A DNA stretch of 41,223 bases from a virus. Lineage: Duplodnaviria; Caudoviricetes. Position 1 is the first letter of the stretch. The number at the start of each line of letters is the position of its first letter. Positions 15,449 through 24,404 of this stretch are shown in pieces. The notes beneath the pieces were generated by a model. The model did no database searches, was not told the DNA's origin, and was given only the letters and a program-made list of their open reading frames with translations. Both the position numbers and the translations under genes were made by a program. The DNA is taken from positions 1-41,223 of the IMG/VR virus record IMGVR_UViG_3300020594_000004. One strand, written 5' to 3'.

Positions 15449-16212
15449 CCATTCTTGCCGAACGCTACATAGGCGCATGCCGCCTCCTCCTGGGTGACGC
15501 CATGGAGATCATGCCATCGCTGCTGCCGGTGGACCTGATAGTCAGTGACGTACCTTACGCGCTTACGACTGGCGGGGTGTCGAAGTCTTCAAAAACGATG
15601 TCTGGGATCTTCGCGGCGCACAATTATGCCAACGATGGCCAGCTCATCATGGCAACGGTGCCCTTCGATGAAATGATGCCCGCGCTATTCGCCGCGCTGA
15701 AAGCCGATGGCGATTGCTACGTCATGGCCAACGACAAGAACGTGCACCCTCTCACCGATTCTGCGCTTGCTGCTGGGTTCCAGTTTCACAACCTACTTGC
15801 CTGGGACAAGATCACGCCGACCGCTAACCGTTGGTACATGAAGAACCTGGAGTTCACGCTATACCTTTGGAAGGGCAGGGCGCGGACCATAAACAATCCT
15901 GGTTCCAAGCAGCTCATTCGCGGCGGCATCGAGAAAGAGTCCGGGCATCCGACTGAAAAGCCGGTGCACCTTATGGCGGAATACATCGCCAATTCCTCCA
16001 ATCGCGGCGATACCGTTCTTGACCCTTTTATGGGGTCCGGGACAACCGGCGTTGCTGCAATGCAGTGCGGGCGCCGGTTCGTCGGCATTGAGATCGATCG
16101 AGACTATTTCGACATCGCGTGCCGGCGCATTCAAGACGCGTACGACCGCCCTGACCTTTACAGCGATCACATGGATGGTGAGCAGCTTTCGATGGTGGAG
16201 GCTGCTGAATGA
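15445..16212 (+). CDS. Orphan N6-A/N4-C DNA methyltransferase (beta class)
   Basis: DLIVSDVPY, HPTEKP and VLDPFMGSGTTG motifs. Confidence 0.9.
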   Translation: MTILAERYIGACRLLLGDAMEIMPSLLPVDLIVSDVPYALTTGGVSKSSKTMSGIFAAHNYANDGQLIMATVPFDEMMPALFAALKADGDCYVMANDKNVHPLTDSALAAGFQFHNLLAWDKITPTANRWYMKNLEFTLYLWKGRARTINNPGSKQLIRGGIEKESGHPTEKPVHLMAEYIANSSNRGDTVLDPFMGSGTTGVAAMQCGRRFVGIEIDRDYFDIACRRIQDAYDRPDLYSDHMDGEQLSMVEAAE

Positions 16213-16538
16213 CCGAGCCAGCCTATCACTATACCGGGCCGATTCGGTTCGCTTCCGATGATCATGAGCTTTGGAAGCTGGTCCAACGCCGGCTAGGGCA
16301 GGGCTATTCCTTCGAGAGCATCGGCGCAGAAATCGGCTGTCCTGCCATGGAACTCGTGGAGTGGATGAACTGGGTCTATCAGCCGCCGAAGAAGAACAAT
16401 TCGGCGCGATCGGCAGACGAAATCCTCCAGGACATTCACACGCAAAGCATCTGGGCACGGCCAGAGGATGAACGCCGCATGGCGATCTGGCGCAAGGCCA
16501 AAGACGGCGCCGCACAAGCACTGACGAGCCGGTCATGA
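16209..16538 (+). CDS. Hypothetical protein with HTH-like segment
   Basis: GYSFESIGAEIG; coupled on both sides. Confidence 0.6.
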   Translation: MTEPAYHYTGPIRFASDDHELWKLVQRRLGQGYSFESIGAEIGCPAMELVEWMNWVYQPPKKNNSARSADEILQDIHTQSIWARPEDERRMAIWRKAKDGAAQALTSRS

Positions 16539-17356
16539 GCCGTTGGTTCCGACACTACGCCGGGATGATGCGAGACGAGAAGCTAGTTGCGGTGGCCATC
16601 CGCGCCAAGCAGCCAGTGGAGCGCGTCGTCTGGGTGTGGGGCGCGATCCTCGAAAGCGCTGCGGAGATTGATGATGATGGGCGGTTTGAAGTCGATGCAG
16701 CCGAGGTCGCTTACTTTCTGCGAGCGGATGAGGCTGACATATGCGCTATTTTTGGCGCGCTTGCCGATGCCAACCGTGTGGCTTCCAGTCGTGTGGTCAA
16801 GTGGAGCGATCGCCAGTATCAGTCTGATAGCTCCAAAGAGCGCCAGGCTCGATATCGAGAGCGCAGACGGGCAGAAAACAGTCTCGGTGACGGTCAGCAT
16901 CAAGCGAGTGACGTAACGAAAACGTCACGTGACGGCGATGTGACGCCGCAAGAGACAGAAACAGATACAGAGAAAAAAGAAGAACCTAACGGTTCTTCCA
17001 AAAAACGCGGCTCAAGGCTTCCGGCCGATTGGGTTCCTGACGTTGCGTTCGCTCTCTCGCTCGGCCTTTCGCAAGTCGATGTCGATCTCGAAGCCCAGAA
17101 GTTCCGCGAGTGGTGGCCGGCGCAGCCCGGCCAGAAGGGCGTGAAGCTCGATTGGGGGCTCACTTGGATGACCTGGTGCCGCAAGGCTCTGGCCGACCGA
17201 TCGCGCTTCGCCCGCGGTTCACCGCCTCCTCAGCGCGCGCCCTCCCAAGCAGACGTATTCGCCTTCATCGCAAGGAAATCCAGCAATGACCCAGGACAGG
17301 AACACGAGGATCGCGGAAGCGTTCGACCTGCTCTTTCGGACCTATCAGCAGGGTGA
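16535..17356 (+). CDS. Replication initiator (lambda O/DnaT-like)
   Basis: MSRWFR N-terminus; ERQARYRERR; ETETDTE linker; RGSRLPADW.P...KLDW..TW.TW. Confidence 0.75.
   Translation: MSRWFRHYAGMMRDEKLVAVAIRAKQPVERVVWVWGAILESAAEIDDDGRFEVDAAEVAYFLRADEADICAIFGALADANRVASSRVVKWSDRQYQSDSSKERQARYRERRRAENSLGDGQHQASDVTKTSRDGDVTPQETETDTEKKEEPNGSSKKRGSRLPADWVPDVAFALSLGLSQVDVDLEAQKFREWWPAQPGQKGVKLDWGLTWMTWCRKALADRSRFARGSPPPQRAPSQADVFAFIARKSSNDPGQEHEDRGSVRPALSDLSAG
16887..16998. other. Putative replication origin within the initiator gene
   Basis: GTGACG at 16887, 16908, 16929 and 16940, inverted copy at 16923, then an A-rich tract and a GAAGAACC/GGTTCTTC palindrome. Confidence 0.5.
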
Positions 17357-17840
17357 CCATTCCGCCGACCCCGGCGACCTTGCCCGTGAACGGCTGGCCA
17401 AGGCGAAGGTCTATTTCGAGGCGGTGGCAATCTACGAAGCGCAGGATGTCGAGGCGGCTGTTGCCGACTTCCTGAGCGGTTCGGTGCCAGGCCACAACCC
17501 AGCATTCGTTCCCACGGCGCCGCAGGTTGGCAGCGCCACGCGCCGGGCCATGGAGCGCCGCACAGAAAGGCTTGCGCGAGAAAAGGCCCTGCGTCCGCGC
17601 CTGCCGCCCCCTGATGTCGAGAAGACGCCAGAAAGCCGCGCCCGCGTCAAAGCGATGATCGACCAGATGCAGGCGAGCTTCGCAGATGCCCACCGGACGG
17701 AAGATGCCGCCGCAGCCAAGCGCAAATATGACCGTATGGTCGGGGCCAACGCCAGGTTTCTCGATGAACGCGACGAAGACGCCATGCGCGAACGCCTCGG
17801 CTACTCCGTTGGCGACCGTGACGGTGAGGCGGCAGCATGA
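17286..17840 (+). CDS. Replication-associated protein (helicase-loader position)
   Basis: Follows the initiator; AFVPTAPQV motif. Confidence 0.5.
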   Translation: MTQDRNTRIAEAFDLLFRTYQQGDHSADPGDLARERLAKAKVYFEAVAIYEAQDVEAAVADFLSGSVPGHNPAFVPTAPQVGSATRRAMERRTERLAREKALRPRLPPPDVEKTPESRARVKAMIDQMQASFADAHRTEDAAAAKRKYDRMVGANARFLDERDEDAMRERLGYSVGDRDGEAAA

Positions 17841-17995
17841 AGTTCTCCCGCCCCAAGCTCCCCCAGATCGGAGACTTGCCACCCGATCAATCCCAATCCC
17901 TTTTGTCCTACCTCAAGGACCAATCGAAACCGAAGAAGCGCAGGCAGAGGCAATGGCTGGCGCAGTTGGAGAAGAAAGGAAGGGTGCAGCGGTGA
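17837..17995 (+). CDS. 52-aa basic protein (not in ORF track)
   Basis: MKFSRPKLPQ...; ATGA overlap. Confidence 0.45.
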   Translation: MKFSRPKLPQIGDLPPDQSQSLLSYLKDQSKPKKRRQRQWLAQLEKKGRVQR

Positions 17996-18123
17996 ATAAC
18001 TCCCCGCCTTCCTTGCCTTCCCTCCGCGAAGCAGGCAGAATCCACCTTACCCGTTCTACCTATCTCTGCCCCGGCCATGTGTCGGCAAGGTCCGCGTTGT
18101 GAGCAACAACGGGGATTTTTGGC

Positions 18124-18714
18124 ATGGGTCGTAGAGGACCGAAACGACAGGACGGAGCGCGCGAGGCGAGCGGCAGGCTTTCCCGCAAGGCGCCAGACGT
18201 GATGGACCGCATCAACCAGAGGCTGGGCCGCGAGGAAAAGGCCGCGCTCCGTACGGGGGTGGAGGCGCGGGTGCGGCTCTTCGGTATCGACCCCCGCCAC
18301 AGCCGCGACCAGATGCTTGGCTCATTTGTTGGGCGCCTCTGCCTCGGCAAGGAACTCACGCTGGCACAATACGATGCGGCTGTAGCATATCTCGAAGACT
18401 GGCATGCGAATGCGGCCGCAGTGCTGGCGCCCCGTCAGCCGGCCGCAACAAATCCCAACGCCGTTCGAGGGGCTTCCGGCGCTGACGAGGACGTGGCAGC
18501 CACGCGTCGGGCCATGGAGCGGTATCGATCGGCCAGGGCAGCGGTGCAACAGCGACAGAACGAATTGCGCGGGGCAGTGGCGCTCTACACTGCTCTAGAT
18601 CATTGCGTCGTCAGCGATCGCGAGTTCCACCACATGGTTGGCTGGCTTCGGGAGGCACTGAACGCCTTGGCGCGGCATTACAAATTAGAGGCGAGGGCGG
18701 CTGATGCCGCTTGA
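18124..18714 (+). CDS. Putative late-gene regulator (Q-position antiterminator/activator)
   Basis: Last early gene; REASGRLSR, LTLAQYDAA and LNALARHY segments; followed by promoter and terminator. Confidence 0.6.
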   Translation: MGRRGPKRQDGAREASGRLSRKAPDVMDRINQRLGREEKAALRTGVEARVRLFGIDPRHSRDQMLGSFVGRLCLGKELTLAQYDAAVAYLEDWHANAAAVLAPRQPAATNPNAVRGASGADEDVAATRRAMERYRSARAAVQQRQNELRGAVALYTALDHCVVSDREFHHMVGWLREALNALARHYKLEARAADAA

Positions 18715-18796
18715 CCTTTCCGGCAAATCAGTGTCTTAGTTTTTACGCTGACGCGTAAAGCGTTCAGAACAGGGCTCGCCAGGTGCGGCCTCTTTT
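18711..18796 (+). promoter_or_regulatory. Putative late promoter with immediate hairpin and terminator
   Basis: TTGACC -35 (weak -10); hairpin TTTACGC-tgac-GCGTAAA; GC stem plus TTTT at 18771-18796. Confidence 0.5.
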
Positions 18797-18969
18797 GATT
18801 CAGGTCGCTATCGGGAATGCTCGATGGCAGCGAGCGAGGCGCGGGTAGCTCCCATTCCTCGAAGTCGTCATCGGCCGGTGGCGCACCTAATTCAGTTTGA
18901 GGCTACGGAGCGGGCGCCGCCTTGGAAGAGGCGCCAACGGCAAACGATCCAGACAACGCCTCAATCCCT

Positions 18970-19089
18970 ATCGAAGCGGCAGTACGGAAGGACGTGCAGG
19001 CGATCACCGCTGGCTTGCTAGATAGCGATGCGCTTATGCTAGGTGCTTGAAGCCGCCAGCAGCCGGTGTCGAAACCGGCCCGCTTCGAT
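18970..19089 (+). ncRNA. tRNA-like structured RNA (non-canonical)
   Basis: 10-bp closing stem, D-like arm, long extra arm, T-like arm GCCGG-TGTCGAAA-CCGGC; no CCA. Confidence 0.6.
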
Positions 19090-19110
19090 CGCGTTCAAGG
19101 CAGGGGGCCA

Positions 19111-19335
19111 ATGGGGCATTCAGCACGCAGGCGTCACGATCTGGCGCGCATGAAGAAGAAGGCGCTCCGCGTCTTCCCTCACATGCTCACGGCGAAATGG
19201 GCCAACCATCTCAAGGGGTGCTCGTGTGCCATGTGCTGCAATCCCCGCCGGTCGCCCCTGTTCTCTGGCGATGCCCTGCTGACCATACAGGAGCGTCGTC
19301 ACCCCACGCAGCCTAACCAGTGGAGAGAGGCATGA
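19111..19335 (+). CDS. Small Cys-rich phage protein
   Basis: CSCAMCCNPRR...LTIQERR motif. Confidence 0.65.
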   Translation: MGHSARRRHDLARMKKKALRVFPHMLTAKWANHLKGCSCAMCCNPRRSPLFSGDALLTIQERRHPTQPNQWREA

Positions 19336-19412
19336 TAGCCGCATGGATCATCATTGGGTGCATAGCACTCGCTGCGGCGGCCGCCATATGGGCCGTCTTT
19401 GGCATCCTCTAG
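19332..19412 (+). CDS. 26-aa transmembrane peptide (not in ORF track)
   Basis: MIAAWIIIGCIALAAAAAIWAVFGIL*; ATGA overlap; GGAGAGAGG upstream. Confidence 0.55.
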   Translation: MIAAWIIIGCIALAAAAAIWAVFGIL

Positions 19413-19450
19413 CCGCCCCTCCTAACCCCACCAGATAAAGGGTGGAGAGA

Positions 19451-19696
19451 ATGAGCCATCCTTTGCGCCTCATCACTCAGACCGAAAGCTGGAAGCAGGA
19501 AGTCCAGGTAGATGTTGTGACGCGCCTTCGCGAACTGCTGGCTATGGCAGAGGCCGGCGAGCTGCAAGGCATCGCGTACGCGGCTGCAACCACTGACAAC
19601 ATGATCGCAACCGGCTTCACCAAGAACAATGCGCAGTCTGCCATTATCGGCGGCCTAGAGCGCGTTAAGCACCGCATGCTTGCGGGCGAAGACTAA
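19451..19696 (+). CDS. Hypothetical protein
   Basis: LRELLAMAEAGELQGIAYA motif; GGAG RBS. Confidence 0.7.
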   Translation: MSHPLRLITQTESWKQEVQVDVVTRLRELLAMAEAGELQGIAYAAATTDNMIATGFTKNNAQSAIIGGLERVKHRMLAGED

Positions 19697-19833
19697 AGCA
19701 GGGCCCTCCTTTCGAGCCGAAGCGGACGTAGGCGAAATCTCAGCAATCCATGCGGTGCCCGGCCCTGCGGGTGAAAGCCCGGAAGAGGGCGAATGGATCG
19801 CGAGCCGCATCTATCCATCACAGGAGACTGAAC

Positions 19834-20262
19834 ATGAACAACCAGGCCCTCAAGGACTCTGGCCCTTCCTTCATTGGCGACCTTGCCCGCATGGGTGGAG
19901 ATGTTGCGGCCAACATGACCAACGATACGCTCAAGGGCTCCGGCCCCAGCTTCCCGGCTGACCTGGCCCGCATGGGTGGCGGCGTCATTGGCCCTGCCAT
20001 CACGGGCACGCCGGTTACCACGGCTACGGAGAATTCCGCCTATGCCGGTTTCACGGTCAAAGGCAATGGTGGGCGTGCTCCTCTGGTCTATGCGCTCGTC
20101 GGGACTTGGCCGGCTGGCATCTCGGTCAACTCCTCGACCGGTGCCGTCACTGGTACTCCGACCGAGGACGGTACATTCAATAACCTCTCGGTCAAGGTAA
20201 CGGACGCCGATAGCAAGGTCGCGCAGATCCCCGCGTTCACGCTGACGGTTGCAGCGGCCTAG
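19834..20262 (+). CDS. Putative Ig-domain (He_PIG-like) protein with duplicated N-terminal motif
   Basis: GGRAPLVY...WPAGISVNSSTGAVTGTPT..GTF...VKVTD; RBS AGGAG. Confidence 0.8.
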   Translation: MNNQALKDSGPSFIGDLARMGGDVAANMTNDTLKGSGPSFPADLARMGGGVIGPAITGTPVTTATENSAYAGFTVKGNGGRAPLVYALVGTWPAGISVNSSTGAVTGTPTEDGTFNNLSVKVTDADSKVAQIPAFTLTVAAA

Positions 20263-20287
20263 GGTCGTCTGAAGTAGGCGGTTGTAG

Positions 20288-20578
20288 ATGGCGACGGGTA
20301 AGAAGACCGGGGGCAGGGCCAAGGGCACGCCCAACCGCACTACGGCCTTACTCAAGGAAGCCATTCTCGCGGCCGCTGAACGAACAGGCGGAGACGGGAA
20401 GGGTAAGGATGGCTTGATGGGCTATTGCAGCTTCCTCGCGGTCAACGAACCTAAGGCCTTTGCCCAACTCCTCGGCAAGGTGCTGCCCATGCAGCTTACG
20501 GGTGAAGACGGCGGCCCGATCAAGGTCACCCAAGTGCAGCTCGTCGCGTTGACCGAGAATGGCGACAGCGAAGGTTAG
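20288..20578 (+). CDS. Terminase small subunit (putative)
   Basis: KTGGRAKGTPNRTT...LLGKVLP...TGEDGGPI; overlaps terL. Confidence 0.8.
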   Translation: MATGKKTGGRAKGTPNRTTALLKEAILAAAERTGGDGKGKDGLMGYCSFLAVNEPKAFAQLLGKVLPMQLTGEDGGPIKVTQVQLVALTENGDSEG

Positions 20579-21863
20579 CCTTCCTCCAAAGCTGATCCCG
20601 GTGTTTTCGGGTGAGGCGGATGTGAGGGGGGCGTATGGCGGGCGCGGCTCGGGGAAAACTCGATCTTTCGCCAAGATGAGCGCCGTCAAAGCCTATATGT
20701 GGGCGGCGGCCGGCCGTAGCGGGCAGGTGCTTTGCGGTCGCCAGTTCATGAAGACGCTGGCCGATTCCTCTCTTGAGGAAATCAAGCAGGCAATCAAAGA
20801 AGAGCTCTGGCTTGCCGGCCACTTCGATATTGGTGAGACCTATGTGCGTACCAAGGGCCTGCCCGGCGAAGTCTACTATACGTTCATCGGCCTCGACCGG
20901 AATATCGATAGCGTCAAGTCGCAGGCCCGCATTCTCCTGGCGTGGGTCGATGAGGCTGAGCCTGTAACGGAAGAGGCTTGGACAAAGCTCATCCCGACGC
21001 TTCGTGAAGAGGATTCGGAACTGTGGGTGACCTGGAACCCTGAGCGCAAGAACAGTGCCACCCATAAGCGGTTCCGGGCGGCAAATGACAGCCGCTACAA
21101 GGTGGTGGAGTTGAACTGGCGCGACAACCCGCGCTTCCCCGCCATCCTCGAGCGTCAGCGCCAGCGCGATATGCAGCAGCGGCCCGATCAGTACGGGCAC
21201 ATCTGGGAAGGTGACTTCGTTACTGCGGTCGAAGGGGCGTACTTCGCGCAGTCGCTGAACGAGGCGAAGGCCGGCGGCAGAATAGGGCGCGTGCCGCCCG
21301 ACCCGCTGATGACCCTTCGAGCGTTTGTCGATATCGGCGGCACCGGTGCGCGCGCCGACAATTTCGTCATCTGGATTGCCCAGTTCATTGGCAAGGAAAT
21401 TCGCGTCCTCGATCACTACGAGGCGCAGGGACAGGACGCGGCAACGCACGTCGCGTGGCTTCGGGAAAAGGGCTACGACACCAAGCGCTGCCAAATCTGG
21501 TTGCCTCATGATGGCGAGAAGCAGGACAGCGTGTTCGATGCCTCATACGAGGGATTCTTTCGGCAGACTGGCTACAAGGTCACCGTGATCCCCAATCAGG
21601 GGAAGGGCGCTGCGAAGATGCGTGTCGAAGCCGCTCGCCGGTTGTTCCCGGCCATCTGGTTCAATGCCGATACCACGGAAGGCGGGCGCGATGCCCTCGG
21701 CTGGTATCACGAGAAAAAAGACGACGAGCGCGGTATCGGCCTCGGTCCCGAACATGATTGGTCTTCGCACAGCGCCGACGCTTTCGGCTTGATGTGCGTG
21801 GCCTATGAAGAGCCCAAAGCGGCGAACAATGACTGGGTATTCTCTGCCCGGAAGGTGGTTTGA
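20559..21863 (+). CDS. terL: Terminase large subunit
   Basis: Walker A YGGRGSGKT, Walker B WVDEAE, TWNP, nuclease HDWSSHSADAF. Confidence 0.95.
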   Translation: MATAKVSLPPKLIPVFSGEADVRGAYGGRGSGKTRSFAKMSAVKAYMWAAAGRSGQVLCGRQFMKTLADSSLEEIKQAIKEELWLAGHFDIGETYVRTKGLPGEVYYTFIGLDRNIDSVKSQARILLAWVDEAEPVTEEAWTKLIPTLREEDSELWVTWNPERKNSATHKRFRAANDSRYKVVELNWRDNPRFPAILERQRQRDMQQRPDQYGHIWEGDFVTAVEGAYFAQSLNEAKAGGRIGRVPPDPLMTLRAFVDIGGTGARADNFVIWIAQFIGKEIRVLDHYEAQGQDAATHVAWLREKGYDTKRCQIWLPHDGEKQDSVFDASYEGFFRQTGYKVTVIPNQGKGAAKMRVEAARRLFPAIWFNADTTEGGRDALGWYHEKKDDERGIGLGPEHDWSSHSADAFGLMCVAYEEPKAANNDWVFSARKVV

Positions 21864-24139
21864 TGGCGCGATCTAAGGATATGGACGATACGCGCCTCGT
21901 TGGCATCGTTTCTGGCCTCGTGGCCGACGCCGAAGATTACCGCAACGACAGGTCCGCCGATCGCGACCGCATGATGGTCTTCTTCGACGGAGACGAGAAG
22001 AAACTGCAGCAGTATGTGCCGGCTGAGGAGGGGCGCTCGCATGTCGTCTCCCGCGATGTCCGCGCCGCCGTCCGTAAGGTGTTGCCGTCCGTTCTGCGCA
22101 CCATCCTTGGCAATGACGAGATCGTTGAGTACCAGCCGGTAGGCGAAGGCGACGAAGACAGCGCGCAGCAGGCGACCGACTACGTGAACTATGTCGCATT
22201 GCCTGAATGCAACGGGCGCCAAGCGATTGAGGATGGCATCAACGATGCCATCCGCCTCCGCAATGGCGTCATCAAGTGGTGGCTACAGGAAGAGACCTGC
22301 GTTTCGTTCTCCCGCCACAGCGGCCTCGATGACATGGCATTCTCGCAGCTTGTCGAGGACGATGAAGTTGAGGTGCTGGAGCACACAGAGCGCCAGGTGT
22401 TCGTGGAAGTGGAAGGGCAAAATCTGCCGCTCACTGTCCATGATCTCAAGATCAAGCGCACGTTCACCAAGCGCCTGCCGACCATTCGCACGATTGCGCC
22501 GGAAAACTTTCTGATCCACTCGGAGGCGACCTCGTTCGATGATGCGATCCTGATTGGCGAGCACCTGCGCCTGCGCCGCTCCGATCTCATCCGCATGGGT
22601 TATGACCGTGATGTGATTGAGGCGCTGCCGCTGGCGGGCAGTGGCGAAACCTCGCAGGAAGTGGAGGAAGATACCCGCCGCCGCAATGTCCGCGACGACA
22701 GCAGCGCCGAACTGGCCAAGGCTACGCAGGAAATCGACTATTACGACCTGCTGGTGAAGCTGGACTACGACCAGGACGGCATTGCCGAGCTGCGCCGTAT
22801 CGTTTTTGCCGGCGGTCTCGGTGAGGAAAACCTGCTGGAGAACGTCGAGCAGGACGAAATCAACTACGCCAACATCATCTCGGAGCGCCGCCCGCATCAG
22901 TGGGAGGGCAACTCAGTCTCCGACGAGGTGATGGAGGTGCAGAAGGTCAAGACCGTGCTGCTGCGGCAGACGCTGGACAACCTCTATTGGCAGAATAACC
23001 TTCAGCCCATCGTTCAGGAAGGGCAGGTTATGAACCCAGAGGCCGTCATTCGCCCCAAGTTTGGCGAGCCGATCCGGGTTGCCCAGGGAGTGGACGTGCG
23101 AGCCGCTATCGGCGCCAATATCGTGCCAATGGTAGCGGACAAGTCCTATGCCATGCTCGAATACATGGACCGGGAAGCAACCGATCGCACGGGCATCTCG
23201 GAAGCATCGAGTGGCATGGCTCCTGACGCGCTCCAGAACATGACCGCCAAGGCGACGGCGCTTGTCGAGCAGGCCGGCATTGGCCAAACCGAGATGATGG
23301 TTCGCTGCATTGCGGAGAGCCTGAAGCCGGTGTTTCGCGGCCTCCTGAAGCTCATCATCGACAACCAGGATATTCCCCGCACGGTGCGTCTTCGCGATGA
23401 GTGGGTGGAGTTTGACCCGCGCTCTTGGAATGCGAACATGGACGCGATCGTGAATGTCGGCCTCGGCGCCGGCACGCGGGAACGCGACATGATGATGATG
23501 CAGCAGGTTATCGGACTCCAGAAGGAAATCCTGTCCTCGATGGGGCCGGCGGTTGGGATGCAGTACGTCACCCCTGACAACGTCTACAACGCCATTGCCA
23601 AGCTGGTGCAGGCGGCTGGCCTCAAGACCGTTGGCCTCTACTTCACCAAGCCTGACCCGCAGGCGATCCAGCAGGCCATGCAGGCGCAAAGTCAGCAGCC
23701 CAGCCCCGAGCAGATCAAGGCGCAGACATCGCTTCAGGTCGAACAACTGCGCGGCCAGAACGCCGCCCAGATCGAGCAGATGCGCTCCGAGAACAGGCAG
23801 CAAGAGTTTACCGCCAAGATGGTGGCAGAGGCCAACAAGGAACGCGAACAGCGGGACGCCGATCTGCAAGTCAACATGGCTGAGTTGGCGCGTGAAAGCG
23901 AAGGGCGCCGCCAGCAGATGGTTGTCGATGCGCAGCAGGAAGCTGAGCGCAATCAGACGGAAATCGACAAGGCATTGATCCACCAGCAGACCGAGCGGGA
24001 GTGGATGCAGACGCAGCAGTCCATCACTGCGGCCAAAACCGTGGCGGATATCCAGAAGACGCAAGCGGCGGCTATCGGGAAGGCGCTTGATCGGCAGTCG
24101 GCACCAGAAGGCAATCGGCAGGGCAGGAGCGGGAAGTGA
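21863..24139 (+). CDS. Portal protein, P22-like with Gln-rich C-terminal barrel
   Basis: Follows terL; AQQATDYVN, TDRTGIS, TAKA, VNVGLG segments; ~760 aa. Confidence 0.9.
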   Translation: MARSKDMDDTRLVGIVSGLVADAEDYRNDRSADRDRMMVFFDGDEKKLQQYVPAEEGRSHVVSRDVRAAVRKVLPSVLRTILGNDEIVEYQPVGEGDEDSAQQATDYVNYVALPECNGRQAIEDGINDAIRLRNGVIKWWLQEETCVSFSRHSGLDDMAFSQLVEDDEVEVLEHTERQVFVEVEGQNLPLTVHDLKIKRTFTKRLPTIRTIAPENFLIHSEATSFDDAILIGEHLRLRRSDLIRMGYDRDVIEALPLAGSGETSQEVEEDTRRRNVRDDSSAELAKATQEIDYYDLLVKLDYDQDGIAELRRIVFAGGLGEENLLENVEQDEINYANIISERRPHQWEGNSVSDEVMEVQKVKTVLLRQTLDNLYWQNNLQPIVQEGQVMNPEAVIRPKFGEPIRVAQGVDVRAAIGANIVPMVADKSYAMLEYMDREATDRTGISEASSGMAPDALQNMTAKATALVEQAGIGQTEMMVRCIAESLKPVFRGLLKLIIDNQDIPRTVRLRDEWVEFDPRSWNANMDAIVNVGLGAGTRERDMMMMQQVIGLQKEILSSMGPAVGMQYVTPDNVYNAIAKLVQAAGLKTVGLYFTKPDPQAIQQAMQAQSQQPSPEQIKAQTSLQVEQLRGQNAAQIEQMRSENRQQEFTAKMVAEANKEREQRDADLQVNMAELARESEGRRQQMVVDAQQEAERNQTEIDKALIHQQTEREWMQTQQSITAAKTVADIQKTQAAAIGKALDRQSAPEGNRQGRSGK

Positions 24140-24375
24140 TCAGCGATCGTGCTCGCGCCGCTCAGGCTGCGCTCGAAATCCCTCTGTTCATGGAACTGCT
24201 GGCCGACATGGAAAAGACCGCAGTTCAGGCGTGCATCAACGCCCCGTACAACGACCACGAGAAGCGGCAGGCGAGCGCCCTTGAGGCCCGCGCCGTTCAA
24301 CAGCTTCGCTCACGGCTCGAAACCATCTCCCGAGAAGGACAAGCCGAGCCCGTGAGCCGCAAAGCGCCCGCATAG
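24136..24375 (+). CDS. Small head-module protein
   Basis: Coupled to portal; typical position before scaffold. Confidence 0.65.
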   Translation: MISDRARAAQAALEIPLFMELLADMEKTAVQACINAPYNDHEKRQASALEARAVQQLRSRLETISREGQAEPVSRKAPA

Positions 24376-24404
24376 GGCCGGCGCACAACCCTCCTAGAGG
24401 ACCA

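Noticed and set aside
18824-19021. 65-aa ORF over the late-leader RNA modules
   Set aside because: No clear RBS or recognisable protein features; base-pairing explains the region better
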